A DNA stretch of 64,000 nucleotides from the human T2T-CHM13v2.0 reference genome, Homo sapiens, in the NCBI RefSeq assembly GCF_009914755.1, contig NC_060927.1; one strand, 5' to 3'. Positions 12,078 through 25,917 of the stretch are shown here, one piece after another. Each line of letters begins with the position of its first letter. The first letter of the stretch is position 1. A model generated the notes under the pieces. That model ran no database searches and had not been told where the DNA came from. It was given only the letters and a program-made list of their open reading frames with translations. Both the position numbers and the translations under genes were made by a program.

Positions 12078-12559
12078 AGAAAACATAATTTAAAACTTTA
12101 TTTTCAAAACAAAATCCAAACATGAGATACCTGTTAAATAGATATTAAATTTTTTAATATATTTAAAAATTAATCAGTATTGATTTGAATGAAGACATAA
12201 AACTTTACTAATTAGACTTGCATTAAGTTGTTGCATGTGACGATACTAATATAAAGTTTCTCTGATTTATAAATTTGATACCATTTGATTTTAAAGTTAA
12301 ACTAGAAAGTGTGAGAACAGCCAAAGAAATATTGAAATTTTAAAAAGGAAGAATTATGATTAGGAATTATACTGCCAAATATAAAAATATATTTTAAAAT
12401 CATGATAATTAGAAGTCTGGTACTAGTACATAATTAGATGGAACAGTAGAATAGATTAAAATGCCACAAAACATTGCCAGTTATATGCCAATTTTTATAA
12501 AATTGTTTTTGTATGAAGAATGTAGCACTTAAACCCAGGAGAAAAAGATGGGAGTGTAA

Positions 12560-13615
12560 TTGAGGAGATGAATTTATCTTCTCTCCCTATGGAAACCCTA
12601 CTAAAATATTAGTAAAAGGATTTTTAAAAGGCATAGAACTACAAGTACAAATGGATCAGGAGAGGAGACAAAAGCAAATGCGAGATGATAAATTTTTGCA
12701 AGTCAGAGAGCAAATGTAGGAATAGTTAACTCAGCACGGGGAAGAAACTATAACCTAGGTGACAATGAAATGAAGTCCATGCACAGAGGATAGTGAGATA
12801 AAGTTGAAAACAGAAGGGTTAGGGGATGCCTATGTCCTGAATCATGTGACCCCCCCAATACCTTTCCCATAACAACAGCCAGTCGTTTACCTAACTCAGG
12901 CTGAAGGCAAGAGGATTATTTTCTTGGAAAATTGAGAAGGTGCCCCAATGTCAGTTACAATTGTGTTCCCTTACCTAAAAAGCCATCTTTCTGCTCAGTG
13001 GCTCTAAAACAAAGCTTACTAATTTAAAAGCTCATCTTCCTTTCCCCTTTGCCCAGACTAGCTCCAATCAGCATTTTTGAAATCTTTCTCTTAAATATGC
13101 ACAGTACACAAAGGATTACTAGAAAATTAAGAAAAATCTCCAACTCAAAATAAAGAGGCCAAAAGAAATAGAAAACAAACAAATAAAAATCCTCAGAGAG
13201 AACAAAGACCAAAAAAAGCTCACAAAAAGAAATGTCTTATAATTTGTATCCTCAGAAGGATAAATGAAGATATTGTATCCATGAAATACTAATAGGATAG
13301 TATATAAAATTTTTTAAAAGACTAAGAAAGAACTATTAGAAATTAAAAAATGAGAATGAGAAAGGCAAAAACAACAAAGGGTTGGAAGATAAAGTTAAGG
13401 AAGTATTACAAAAGGTCAAACACAGAAAACCGATAGAATAGATAAATGTATAGAAAAAATAATTTTTTAGGATCAATCCATGAGGAAAAAACTATTTAAT
13501 TAATGAGTTACAGAAAAAGAGAACAGATTGTGTAGGAAGGATATATTGGAAAATGTATGGAAGAAAATGTCTCAGTACTGAAGATCTAGGTTTTTAGATT
13601 AAAAGAGCCAATTGA
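12560..13615 (+). mobile_element. Ancient L1M/HAL1-like 5'/ORF1 remnant
   Basis: A-rich sequence ending 'gaagaaaatgtctcagtactgaagatctaggtttttagattaaaagagcc', resembling ORF1 EENFPELK..LQIERA. Confidence 0.5.
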
Positions 13616-13629
13616 TTACCAATAACTTC

Positions 13630-14730
13630 CAACTCTTCTGGTGATTAACACTAACAATAGATTCTAGTTACTGGTAGCTATCTGGTCTCTATTACTTTGG
13701 AGCACTGTCATCATCTTGGCTATTAGATAGCCCAATTCTGTGACTATCTTTTCTACCATCAGCACTGCTTGCAAAGGACAACTACAACCAAACCCTTAAT
13801 GATGCTGGTGTCCCTCTCAGTGGCAGATTCCCAACGGTCTGAGTGGAGGATGTGTCCTCGTTAGAACATAGTTTATTGGTTGGATGTCAGGATTTTCATA
13901 ATGTATCTATTGCAATATGCCCACTTCCTTCAGACTCTTTATTCCCATTTCTGTCAGCTTCCAGGACAACTTGGATATTTCAGTGCCACTGGACATTGGC
14001 CATTACTTTTTCTGTGTCTAATAACTACCCTCACATTGATTTTGCCGTGTTTCCTGTGGTCCTTGTCTGAGTGACAAAGCTCATGTCTCAGGAAAGTTCC
14101 TCAAAGCCAATGAACACTCCTTTTTACCAGTACATTTTGCCAGACCACTAGTGAAATATTTACCAATTGAGCTGCCATCTTGTGCCAGGTGTCATCTATG
14201 ACTACCCACGACCCACTCACCAAATGGAGATGTTGTACTCTATACTCACCAGGCAGTGTGTGAGCCAGTCCCAAGGCCCTATCTGTTTTTTGGACCACTC
14301 TCAGTTCAACTTGCATGAGTTGTCTGAGAAGCGGATGCCAAGACAGGATTAGATATGCAAGATATTTGCTGGGAAATGCCTATGAGGGATAACGGAGGAA
14401 TTTTGAGGATACTAGGAGAGTCATCAGACTATCATGCAAGTATGATTTCTTTAAAAATAAAGGAATGGAAGGAAGAAAGGTCTTATAGTGAAGTACAATT
14501 CTAGGACAGTTTGGCAAGGCTTATGGGAGTTGAGCCAAAGTCACCTGTCAAAGTTGTCTTCTGTCTCCCAGGATTGGGCCTGCCATATACTAAGAGCAGC
14601 CTGTGAGAAGTGTGGCCTTGCTATAAATGCGGTCCTGGATTCAGAGCTGAGAAGTTTTGGCTACCAATCAATTTTGTTTTCCATAGTAAGAGATCTCAAA
14701 GGCACTTTTTGTGGCCACAACACTGTGCAA
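13630..14730 (-). mobile_element. Old ERVL/MaLR-class internal remnant plus LTR-like segment
   Basis: LTR-like 'gagaagcggatgccaagacaggattagatatgcaaga' at ~14326. The adjacent sequence has ERVL internal character. Family uncertain. Confidence 0.45.
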
Positions 14731-14929
14731 TAGTAGATGTGGGATGTGTGTGTGTGTGCGCACATGCGCACGTGTGTCTTTTGAAAAGGCATTCCATGAA
14801 GAAACAGAAGATGAGAATACCCATAAGTAAGAGAGCTGAGAATTTTCAGTAAATTAAAAGGAGAGACAAGTAGGTATTAGCCAGGATAGTGACAATGGGG
14901 ATTAGAAATAGGATGAAGAGTGATCTAGT

Positions 14930-15700
14930 TAGAAGCAAAGAGTGTGCAAAGTCCAGAAGTAAGTGTGGTCATGACACACTCACAAAATTGCAAATGGTAT
15001 AGCATGGTTGAAGCATAAACTGTAAAGAGATTTGGAGAGGTTCAGTGGTCTTGGATGAGGCTGGAGAGACAAGCAGGAACCCAGTTATGGATGGCCCTTC
15101 AAAACCCAGTAAGGAGTTTAGACTTACTTCTAAAACAGTGGTGAGTTATTCAGAGCTTTAAGAAAGGAGATTCTATGACCAAGTTTGTATTTCTGAAGGA
15201 TCACTTTAGCTGTATCATGAGGGATGAATTAAAGAAGAGCAAATGAGATCCATTTAGGAGCTATTAGAGGAATCCAGGTAGGAGTTGATGATGACCTGGG
15301 AGTATAATAATGACAATAGGATTAGAGAATTGAGACTTATTCAGCAGAAATTTAGGAGAGACTTAGAATTAAAGACTCTAAGATTAACTGGATATGTGAC
15401 ATGCAGGAAACGGATGACTTAATCACTAATGTGGCCAATTTTTCTTGCTTGAGATCTGGGTAGAAGGTGGTATCAGTTACTCAGAGAATGTAGGAAAGAA
15501 AATTTTGGAAAAAGATAATGGGCTTTGAACAAATTGTACATCATCAGTGCATAGGTGTTTAGTATGCATTTTAACATGTGGGTCTGAGTTTGGGAGTGAA
15601 GTCTAGTCTTAAGAAATAGGAGTGGTCATTGTAGCCATGAAAGTAGATCGATTGCATAGAGAAGATATACCAATTAAGATTCAAAGAAGGCCCATAATAG
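14930..15700 (-). mobile_element. L2 fragment
   Basis: Typical GA-rich antisense L2 'gaggctggagaga...taaggagtttagactt...gaaggatcactttagctg'. Confidence 0.75.
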
Positions 15701-15989
15701 AACGGCTCATTAATGCTCTCAAGATATTCTGCTATAGATTTATATTATGAATTTATGCTACCATTACCTTATTGTCAGACTTATTTTTTTTCTCCAAATT
15801 TTAACTCTTACCAAAGACCTTGCAATGAATGGTTCTGCACATAAATCTTTGTCTAAATTTCAGATGATCTTCTTAGCACAGATGCCCAGAAGTTGCATTA
15901 CTGAGAATTTGCCCTACTTTGAAGTGATTTGGAAGCCTGTTGATCATTCAAAGTAGTCTTATGAAGAAACTGAGGTTGACATAGTTTGA

Positions 15990-16323
<334 letters not shown>

Positions 16324-16787
16324 TGATCTGTTCTTTCTAAGGTGGAATGCAATTGGGAAACATAATCTTTCTACATCTTATTAATGAAAGTTGTGCCCTC
16401 TTAGGGTCTCTCACATGATAGACATTATAGGAGGAGTATTTGGGCCATCAAACAAAAACAAACCTCAAAGGCGTACTCACGAGGAGCTTGTGAAGATGAA
16501 ACAGAGTTGTCTCCCCAATTTTTCCAGGGAAGAGAAGGGGTGGTGTTGAGCTTGAGATCAGGAATGTGGGGTACGGTTACCCAGCAAGAAATACTCCTTT
16601 GCTTTCTTCTTGGTCTTAGTCATCTTTCTCTTTCTTTTCCCTTGTACAAGTCTCGGTGACACTTTGCCTAAAGCTTCTTTGCTGTTCTCTTTGTCACTGT
16701 GTCCCTTTGAGGCATCATGGGAAGATGCATGAGCTTCAGTATCACAAAGACCAGAGGACATGACTCAGTTCTTCCACTTATTGATGG

Positions 16788-17516
16788 TGTTTCAATTATT
16801 TATTGCTGCAAAACAAATCACCTTATGAAACTGTGATTTGGGCAAGATTTGGCAGGGACAGCTTGTCTCCACTCTACTTAATGTCAGCTGGCAAGGCTCA
16901 AAGGCTGGAGGCTGGAGTCATCTGAAGCAGGGTTTCTCAACCTTGGTGCTATTGACATTATGGGTTGGATATTCTTTGCTGTGGTGTGCTGTGGATTGTA
17001 GCATACTTAGCAGCATCCTGGCCTCTACCCACGAGATGCCATTAGTACTCCCCCTCTAGTTGTAACAACCAAAAATGTTTTCAGAAATTGTCAAATGTAC
17101 TCTCTGGAGGTGGGGGGATAGCACAAAATTGGCTATGGTTGAGAACTGATCTGAAGGCTTGTTCCCTCAAATATGAGGTAATTGATGCTGACTGTTGATT
17201 GGGACCTTAGAGACAAATGTGCAGTCCGGAACAATTACACATGGTCTCTCTCCAGTGATTCCCTTTCTCTCAACATGATGGCTAAATTCCAAAGGTAGAT
17301 GTGGGCAGGGAAAGCAATACTGCTTTTTATGAAATAGCCCTGGTTGCAGCTTCACTTCTGACACATATTCTGTTAAAGCAGCCACAAAGGGCATTTCCAG
17401 TTTCGAGGGGAGGAGAGACAGACTGCATCTTTAGGTAGAGTGCTAATAAGGTTCTGAAGAGCGTGTGGGACCCAGAATATTGCTGTGGCCATTTTTGAAA
17501 AATACAATCTACCACA
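16788..17516 (-). mobile_element. MLT1 (H-like) solo LTR inserted in a MIR and interrupted by MER20
   Basis: Minus-strand start tgtggtagattgtatttttcaaaaatggccac and TG...CA ends. 5-bp TSD gatgg at 16783-16787 / 17517-17521. Confidence 0.85.
16928..17148. mobile_element. MER20 (hAT-Charlie MITE)
   Basis: TIRs cagggtttctcaacc / ggttgagaactg. Perfect 8-bp TSD atctgaag at 16920-16927 / 17149-17156. Confidence 0.92.
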
Positions 17517-18929
17517 GATGGGAAGAAGTGGCCTCTTCATCTATTAGTAAACAGAAGTATTTACTAATCTGTAAAATAGATGAACAATAATCTTATTTTG
17601 TAGGCTTGTTTGGAGAATTAAGTGATGAACTTTTTTTAAGTAGCAACCACAAAATCTTAACCTGTAAATGATTTACATGTAATTGTTAAATATGCACTTA
17701 TGAGTCTTATACTCCTTCTAATTCTATAAGTAATGTTTCACTGGTTAACTTAAAGAATTTCTTGTTAACATCCCTGAAGTTTTCTCCAGAGGGTTCAAGA
17801 AAGAACTGGGATATTGTGTTGGGAGAGTGGCTTGAGGCCCAGAACAAGAGAATGTATGGTGGCTATGTAGCCGTATATGTACCTGAAGTGGATCTGGTGT
17901 GCAGAAAACTGTCATGGAGTGGGGGTGTGTGTAAGAGGAGAGCCTTTGGAGAGTTGATGCAAGTGGGGCTAGGTTCAAAAAGTGCTTTCTGCCATAAGCT
18001 AATGGGACACGAAATATCAGGCTCAGTATTGTACACAGTTGCCCTTATCCAGACTAGTGTGTAGCCACAAAATTTTCCCTTGTAACACTTCCATCAACCA
18101 ATCTTTTCTGACATAGGGGCATTGTGATAGAAAAGTCCTTAGCTGGTGATGTACATAACTGTATCATGAAAACTCTTACTTCCTAGGATTCCCAATATGG
18201 GGTCCAACCTCAAGTATTTCCTAACTGTACATCTTTCAGAGAATGAACTAACGGAAATTTTTAAGAACTGCTATATTACTTTAAAGGATTAGATATGCAG
18301 GGGAAAGTAACAACAATACAAAGAAAAAGTGAATATGTTTGTCTTGGACTGCATCAACACAGTTGGTTTTCTCCGAGATTGAGTTCATATAGTTCAAGAT
18401 ACACCTTGTTCCAAAACGAAGAACAGCTTTCCTGGGGCAACTCAATCTTTATTAGGTTTTTCTTCCACAAGAGATTCCTCTGGCTGAGCAACTTCATTGC
18501 CTTCTGGGAAAAGATGTTCTATAGCATTGTCCTCACTCACTGGAGATTGCTTTCTGGAATAGCAAGTAGTTGACGTTAAAGTCTGTGTGCTGGCATATTA
18601 TGATAAAAACAAGCCATCATCCTGCCACCTGGCTTCATGAACCTTACAGTGTTGGAGTTGGGCTCAGTTGCAAAATTCGAGACGGCAGCAACATGATTGA
18701 ATTGTTAATTTAAAAGTCAAATGAAGGTACAAAGGGAGAAACTAATGAAGTAAGACAAAGCCCTTGATATTTGTAGAGATTTCTTGTCAATAGTGGTCAA
18801 GACCAACAGTATCTTGCTCTTGGTTTCAATAGGAGTCTTCAGTGCATTAGGATTCTTAATTTTCCACCAACTAATCCCATCCTGGGGCTCTAACCTAGAA
18901 CTTATTTCAAAATAAAGAAAATTTAAAAC

Positions 18930-19740
18930 CCTATCTCTCAAAAAGATATGTATTGCAACATTATTGACAGTGAAAAGTTGATAACAATGTGAAAGTCCAG
19001 CATCAGGAGTATTGTTATGTAAAGTGGCACATTCAGTGGACAAAATATTATACATTATTAAAATATTGGTTGCTAAAAGCAGGGAGAATGACTGGGTATA
19101 ATTCTGAATGAACATGACAATATCTAAAATTATATAAATATTGTAAGTTCTTTTGATATTTGTTAAACATTATAAGTTCTTTCTTTTGATATTAAAGTAC
19201 AGGTAGAGAGTTACATTATAAAAATTGAAATACAAATATATAATTTCATTATTAAAATTTTGAAAAACTCAAAAAAGTAATAATCCCTTTTTGTGGTTCT
19301 CTCTAATATTATTTTTGTTTCCAAATGTAACTATTGTGAATGTTTCTCATTTCCTATATACATGTCCATGTGGCATTTTTTTCATAATGAGATTATATCA
19401 AATCTGTTGTTCTACAACATGCCTTTATTATTTAATGATATGTGTTACAAAGTTTTTCCCTAGTTGACACTGCTATTGTTAACATTGCTTCATATTTTTA
19501 AATGTCTATTGAATTCCCCAATATAAATATGTTGTAATTTATTTAACCATTTTTCTACTAATGCAGAATTAGATGGTTTTTAATGTTTTAAATTCTGCAA
19601 GAATGATGTAAGGAACATTGTTGTATATTTATTTTTGTGAGCTTGTCTGAATATTTCTGAAGGATGATACTTAAACATAGAATTTAACAGATATTGCCAA
19701 ATTTTCCCCCGACAACCTTTTTCCAATATATACTCCAACA
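18930..19740. mobile_element. Ancient L1ME 3'-end fragments
   Basis: Diverged motifs 'tattgcaacattattgacagtgaaaa' and 'tattgccaaattttcc...tatatactccaacaaatga'. Confidence 0.5.
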
Positions 19741-19758
19741 AATGAAATATAGCACTGC

Positions 19759-20045
<287 letters not shown>

Positions 20046-21107
20046 TTACAAGGGAATTTTTCAATCTTTTAGATTTTTGCCAATAAATGATGCCTCATTG
20101 TTTTATTTTTAATTTTCTTGATTACCAGTAAAATGCCCTTATTGGCTGCTTATATTTCTTCTTTTATGAATTGCTCATCTGTATCTTTATCAGCATTATT
20201 ATTTCAATTAGAAAAAAATCAGGAAAAAAGAAACACATAAGATTTTAATGGTAGTTATATTAGGGAGTAGAATGATAGGTGATATTTTTTCTTTTCTGTA
20301 ATTTCAGAATTTTAATGTGATGACATTAAAGGTGTTTGTTATTGTAATGTAGAGTCACAAGTACCCCATGGTTGTCTTTAGTTATTTCTACTCCCTCAGG
20401 AGCCTCTTGAGGACTGTCTACTAACAAGAAGCCCAGACCTTTAATGGGCCTTGGAAAGCTGGAGCAGTTTGCTTACATGCAGAAGCTGCATGCCTTTTTA
20501 TAAGCTTGAAAAAGCAATCCTGAGAGTAGGTTCTGAACTTTCTGCTATGGTAAATCCCAGATCCTTTGCATTATCACCACTGAAAATTTGGCATCAGCAT
20601 GCTTCACCTATCTATGCTTTCAGCTGGTAAAATTACGTAAGTTAATTGCACAAGAAACTGCTAAAAGAATAAAGGTGATAAAAATGAATGATCTTCTCAT
20701 AGGAATATTCTTTATGGAGGAATATGACTCAATATTTCATAAAATAGTGATTTATTCCTTGTTCATATTGCTTAAAATGTATCTGAGGACTGCAGCTCTG
20801 TTTGGGGCTCCTGAATAAATTCTGATACTGGGAAGAATGTAAGGAATGAAGAACATGCCAGGGTACTCAGCACAAAGTAACTTCAAGACCCTGTATTGAT
20901 TTAAATCCTTTTATTATTGACCTATGCTCAGGCAGGAGGCCAGGAGGAGGTTCCAGGCACCTCTTGGTATATATGGCATAGCTTGGGGTGGGGAGCGGAC
21001 CAAAGTGAAGACCTTAGTTACCAAGCTGCTGCAACGATCTGGACATGAGGTGGGAAGCAAACAAATTCAAAAGTGGAATTAACTGAGGAAGACTCAATAC
21101 CTGGAGT

Positions 21108-21330
21108 TGGGCTTTGGAGTTAGACAAACTTGGACCCAATCTTGAATTGGCATCTTTCTAGTTGTGAGACTTTGGGCAAGTAATGTCTTTTTTAATTTCA
21201 GGTTTTCTTTCCAACTGAAAATGGGGATAATAATAAGTTGGCCTGTGAAAGGTATTGTAAGAATTAAATGAGATAACGTAGGTAAAGTGCTTTGTATAGC
21301 ACATAGCATAGAGATACTGCTTAATAAATT
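21108..21330 (+). mobile_element. MIR
   Basis: 'ggctttggagttagaca...actttgggcaagt...aaaatggggataataata...gaattaaatgagataa'. Confidence 0.85.
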
Positions 21331-21712
21331 ACCTCTTTGATTTTATTGTTTAAAGTTTAATAAGGCTAGATAAGGTGGCAGAGACCCAATCACAGAGACT
21401 GGAATTTGAATTTGGATTCCACACCCTGGAGGGCTTGAGGAAGGAAGTTCTGTGCTGTCTTCTTTCTTTCTCCCTATACCTGTTCCTTGATCTCTGTTCT
21501 CCCAGTTCATCTGAGATTTAGAAGCAGTGCAGGTTCACCTGAGGATGAAAGATTAAACTATTTGGTTTATGCCTATTTAATCCCCCTAGTCTAAAGGCAG
21601 GATTGGCTTCGGATCTCATAGTGAGGATAAAGTGGAGCTTTAGGGGATTCCTGAGGTGAGGGCAGGGGGCCAGTTGGAGAGTGCTGACAGTAGATGATCT
21701 GAGAGCCATTCT

Positions 21713-21800
21713 AGAGAAAGAAAAAAGAAAGGAAAGAAAGAGAGAGAAAGAAGGAGGGGGGAAGGAGGGAGTGAGGGAGGGAGAAAGGGAGGGAGGAAGG
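21713..21800. repeat. GA-rich low-complexity tract
   Basis: Nearly pure purine run (GAAA/GGAA/GGGA). Confidence 0.85.
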
Positions 21801-22339
21801 AATCTTCTCTGACAGTTCAGGGTATCAGTGAAGGAAGGAGAATAGTCAAAAACACATGAACATTTTATAAGCTGAAAGAAAATGTAGTAGTAGAGAACAG
21901 GATTCTCCCCCACAGCACTTCTCATATATTTTGCCGCTCATGGAATTGGACCAGCATTCAAAGCAAGTCTTGACCTGGTGCACATAGTTACTTACCATAC
22001 TGTAATTCTTAACACTTCTGCTCTCCATTTGACCATCTGCACTTTATTTGAAAGACCTCTGTCAGCTCCTTTTCATCACTTATTTACATGTGTTTACGTA
22101 AAATGACTCCCATAGCATCTGAGATTGCTATTAGCAGCAGCCAACAATTTTTACAAATTGTCTCTGACACAAACTGCTTTCCGAAAGAATTTGTGTCTTT
22201 TACCACAAACTGATTTTGCGAAAGAGTTCACTGGGAATAACTTCTTGATTGTGTAATATCTTTCCACATGATTCAAATGTCTGATACAGAAAGTCATGTA
22301 TTGCATCAGTTAATACAAGTAACCCATAACAATTGACAT

Positions 22340-22525
22340 TTTAGAATTACTTGTTATAATATTGATAGACACTGCACTGCACTAAGAATTCTACATGCCT
22401 TATTTCACAATAACAACATTATTCCCATTTTATAGATAAAATTTAAAGTTTAGAGAGATGAGATTACCTGCAGCTGCTACAGAGCAGAGAAGGGGTTAAA
22501 ATCCAGGCTGCGAACCTTACTCTGA
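22340..22525 (-). mobile_element. MIR
   Basis: 'attcccattttatagataaa...aaagtttagagag' core. Confidence 0.65.
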
Positions 22526-22773
22526 GCATCTCAGGTTAGGTCCTGAGTGTTCATAGCAAAATTACAATAGTTCCTTGAAGCCATGTGCTACACCTTACTG
22601 GAATGTCAATATATGCTAGACTCTTTCATGAAGATATTTTATATTAAACAAGCATGTGTCACTGGAATGCATAAATTCATCAGTTTGGAGTAGAAACAGT
22701 CATCACAAATCAGAACTCTGGAGTATGGGAACTCTGAGACTCTCACCTACCTACTTTATCAGGATGTCTGGGT

Positions 22774-22921
22774 CCCTTCCTTCCCCTTCCCCTTCCCCTT
22801 CCCCTTCCCCTTCCCCTCCCTTCCCTCCCTCCCTGCCTCCCTCCCTCCCTCCTTCCCTCCCTCCCTCCCTCCCTCCCATCCTCCCTCCTTCCCTCCCTCC
22901 CATCCTCTTTTCTTCCCTCCT
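22774..22921. repeat. (CCCCTT)n/(CCCT)n polypyrimidine microsatellite
   Basis: About 150 nt of nearly pure C/T. Confidence 0.95.
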
Positions 22922-24319
22922 GGGCCTATTCTGTCTGTAGGGATTAACGCCTTCTCCAAATGCCAGGCAAAGAAAAGGACAAAATCCAGTGAGTCTTCTA
23001 GCACTGATGGTTTGGACACTGTCACAACATGTGGCTGTGGGACTCTGATATCAGAGGTGCTGGTCCAGGCACATGACACCCTTGCTGACACAGGATGCAG
23101 TGGTGCCCCATGCTTGGCCTCCAAGGTTACTGCATCTTAGTTTACGCTTCTGAGGTCAGCCATTGCTCCCCCAAACATGGTTCTATGCTTGGTAGATGAA
23201 TCTGGACAAGCTTCCAAGCCTCAGCCAAATATAGTGCCATAAAGCATTATATTTGGAGGAAGCCATCTTTTCTCACAAATGTGTAGGCCCAATCTACCTT
23301 TTTTTTCACTTACGGTGAATTACCCTTGGATAATGAGGCCCTTGGTAGGTTTTCCAACCAGCAGACTTTTGTTGGTTAACCAAACCCAACAAGTTGGTCC
23401 AAACCCAACAAGGATTAACAACAACAACAACAAAAATGAACTTTAAAACCTGAAAGGGCTCGTTAGGTTTCTTCAGAAAACCTTTTAACTCCTTATTCAA
23501 ATTGGCTTACCCTCCAAACAAAGTTTAGCATATCATGGGATATTACGGTGACAGGAATACTTTATCAATCACTTATCAGCACTGATTCCCAGGAAAAATG
23601 GGCCAGTTCACATTAGGTGGGCCTATCTAAGGATAGCTTTGAGTTATATGCAGCTTAGCCCTGCCTCAGAAAGGGGCCAAAGTTTTACTTTATTCAATGC
23701 CTGGCTCCCCATTTCATGCTCTAGTTACCTTTTCAGTAAGATAGAGGAAAAATTGAGAACTACACTAGGGCCTCAAGTGTAAAGACATTGATTGATAGAT
23801 CATAGGTCTTATATTGAACATTTTGAAACCCTTTCAGGTCTAGAGTTTAAAATTTTTATGTTACATAATACATAAATAAAAACATAATGTATTACTTTAC
23901 TGTAAAATTGATTAGTGTAATCTGTATTCATATATGTGTAAGACTATCAAATTTTAAAAAGAAGTCAAACTGAAACAAATTCAACCAGTCAGAAATCAGC
24001 AAGTCTCCTATCAAAATACACTCACACACAAAGAGTTTTTTTTTTTTTAAATGTGTTAGGTAAACTACAATGATACTCAATATGATATAATGACACTGTA
24101 ATCCTAATAGGTCAATTCTAAAAGGAAACTACCTATGTTGAATGTCTGGTTAAAAAGTAATATTTTAGTCTGAACAAAAATGTTGACTATTAATAATGCA
24201 GTAAAATAGAAAAATCCTATTCAGGTGAGAATTCCAGGTTATCTAACATGACAAAGGGGGCAGATTTGGAAGAACACAAGTTGGTTCCTGTACCATAGTC
24301 TTCATCTCTAGAGAACGTT

Positions 24320-24655
24320 TGGTAGCTGACTCACACATTGGTGGCCTATAGTGGCCAAATCGTGCTGACTGTCATATTTTCTTTAGGCAATACGGTGTTG
24401 CAAACATCTTGAATAAGTTGCCCACATTTTCTAAATTGTGAGATTAAAAAAAAAAAGAAATTTCTGAGTTTCTCCAAAAAGAGAATTAGCAACAATCACG
24501 GTAGTGCTGTATATAAGTCCCCATTAGGACCGCTTGTCTGTGATATGCCAGAAAGCAGTGTTCGTGGTGATTGTAAGTAAGTAATGGTCTCTAGAGTTAC
24601 ACAGCATTATGGTCCTTGACACCCCATTACTCATTTATGTTACCTAGGCAACCCA
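24320..24655 (+). mobile_element. MER102-like hAT relic
   Basis: 'ggtggcc..ggccaaatc...ttgaataagttgcccacatt...gagatt' and terminal 'ccccattactcatttatgttacct'. Confidence 0.6.
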
Positions 24656-25491
24656 TATTTAAGGACTCTGTATGCCACAAACCGTGTTAATCACTATTTC
24701 TCTTCTTTTCCCTATGGAAAACTGTCAATGTCTAAATGGAGCTCATTCAGGAGCATAAAAGAGTCACATCAGGTGAAGTCAGGACCAGTGAATCACCACA
24801 GTAATGCTTCAGGGTTGGTCAAATAGGAAAAGATGGAGGAAATTCATTTGGCAGGCAAAGATGACAACTAGAAAGCCTCAAATAAAAATGGGTCCAGGAA
24901 GCAAGATGGGGAGATCTATAAGGTATATTTTTTAAGAATAGGCAGGTTAGAAATGACCATAGTTATCCAGCAGCAGATTATTATTCAAGATCTAGGAAAA
25001 TAGTTGAATTCCAGGAAGCTTGTCTGTACAGAAATGGAATCAGCAACAGTACTGGGTTGAGGGGAGTAATTTCTAATTCTGAGAAACAAGACAGGATTCT
25101 TTCATACTTCCAGAAGTCAGAAATGAAGCATGTAGCCAAAGCTGGGGTTTAGTTGCTGGTATTGCTGTGTGTGCTGGAAATGCTATATATGTATCAGATC
25201 AGGCAGATCTGGGGCCAAGCTTCCAAACTAAAAATCTTAAGCCCATTAAGTTATATGCCTAATTAGGAGCAGAACTAGTCAAATCCAAGAGCAAGGGTTA
25301 CACACACATCCCACATGGAGCCTCAGATAGTGATTATTGCACCCAGCCATGGAGGTTGGACTAAGAATATGCAAAGGGTCTAAATAATGATTAGAGTCAG
25401 ACTAAAAGAAAAGTGCTGATGATTTAAAATGCCCTGAAAACATTGTTGAAGAAGAATGGCCAACATTCTGTAATTGAATTCAGAGAGTTGA

Positions 25492-25917
<426 letters not shown>

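Noticed and set aside
1577-12086. Many 60-130 aa ORFs, some with clear L1 ORF1/ORF2 peptides
   Set aside because: They are fragments of disrupted LINE-1 copies or their antisense frames. No intact ORF1 or ORF2.
18300-18700. Minus-strand frame reading ...QSPVSEDNAIEHLFPEGNEVAQPEESLVEEKPNKD*
   Set aside because: Only ~50 codons, bounded by stops, with no start or acceptor and no protein I recognise. A tblastx/PhyloCSF check would be needed.
22656-23124. Pro/Ser-rich and Gly/Glu/Lys-rich ORFs
   Set aside because: Translations of the CCCT microsatellite.
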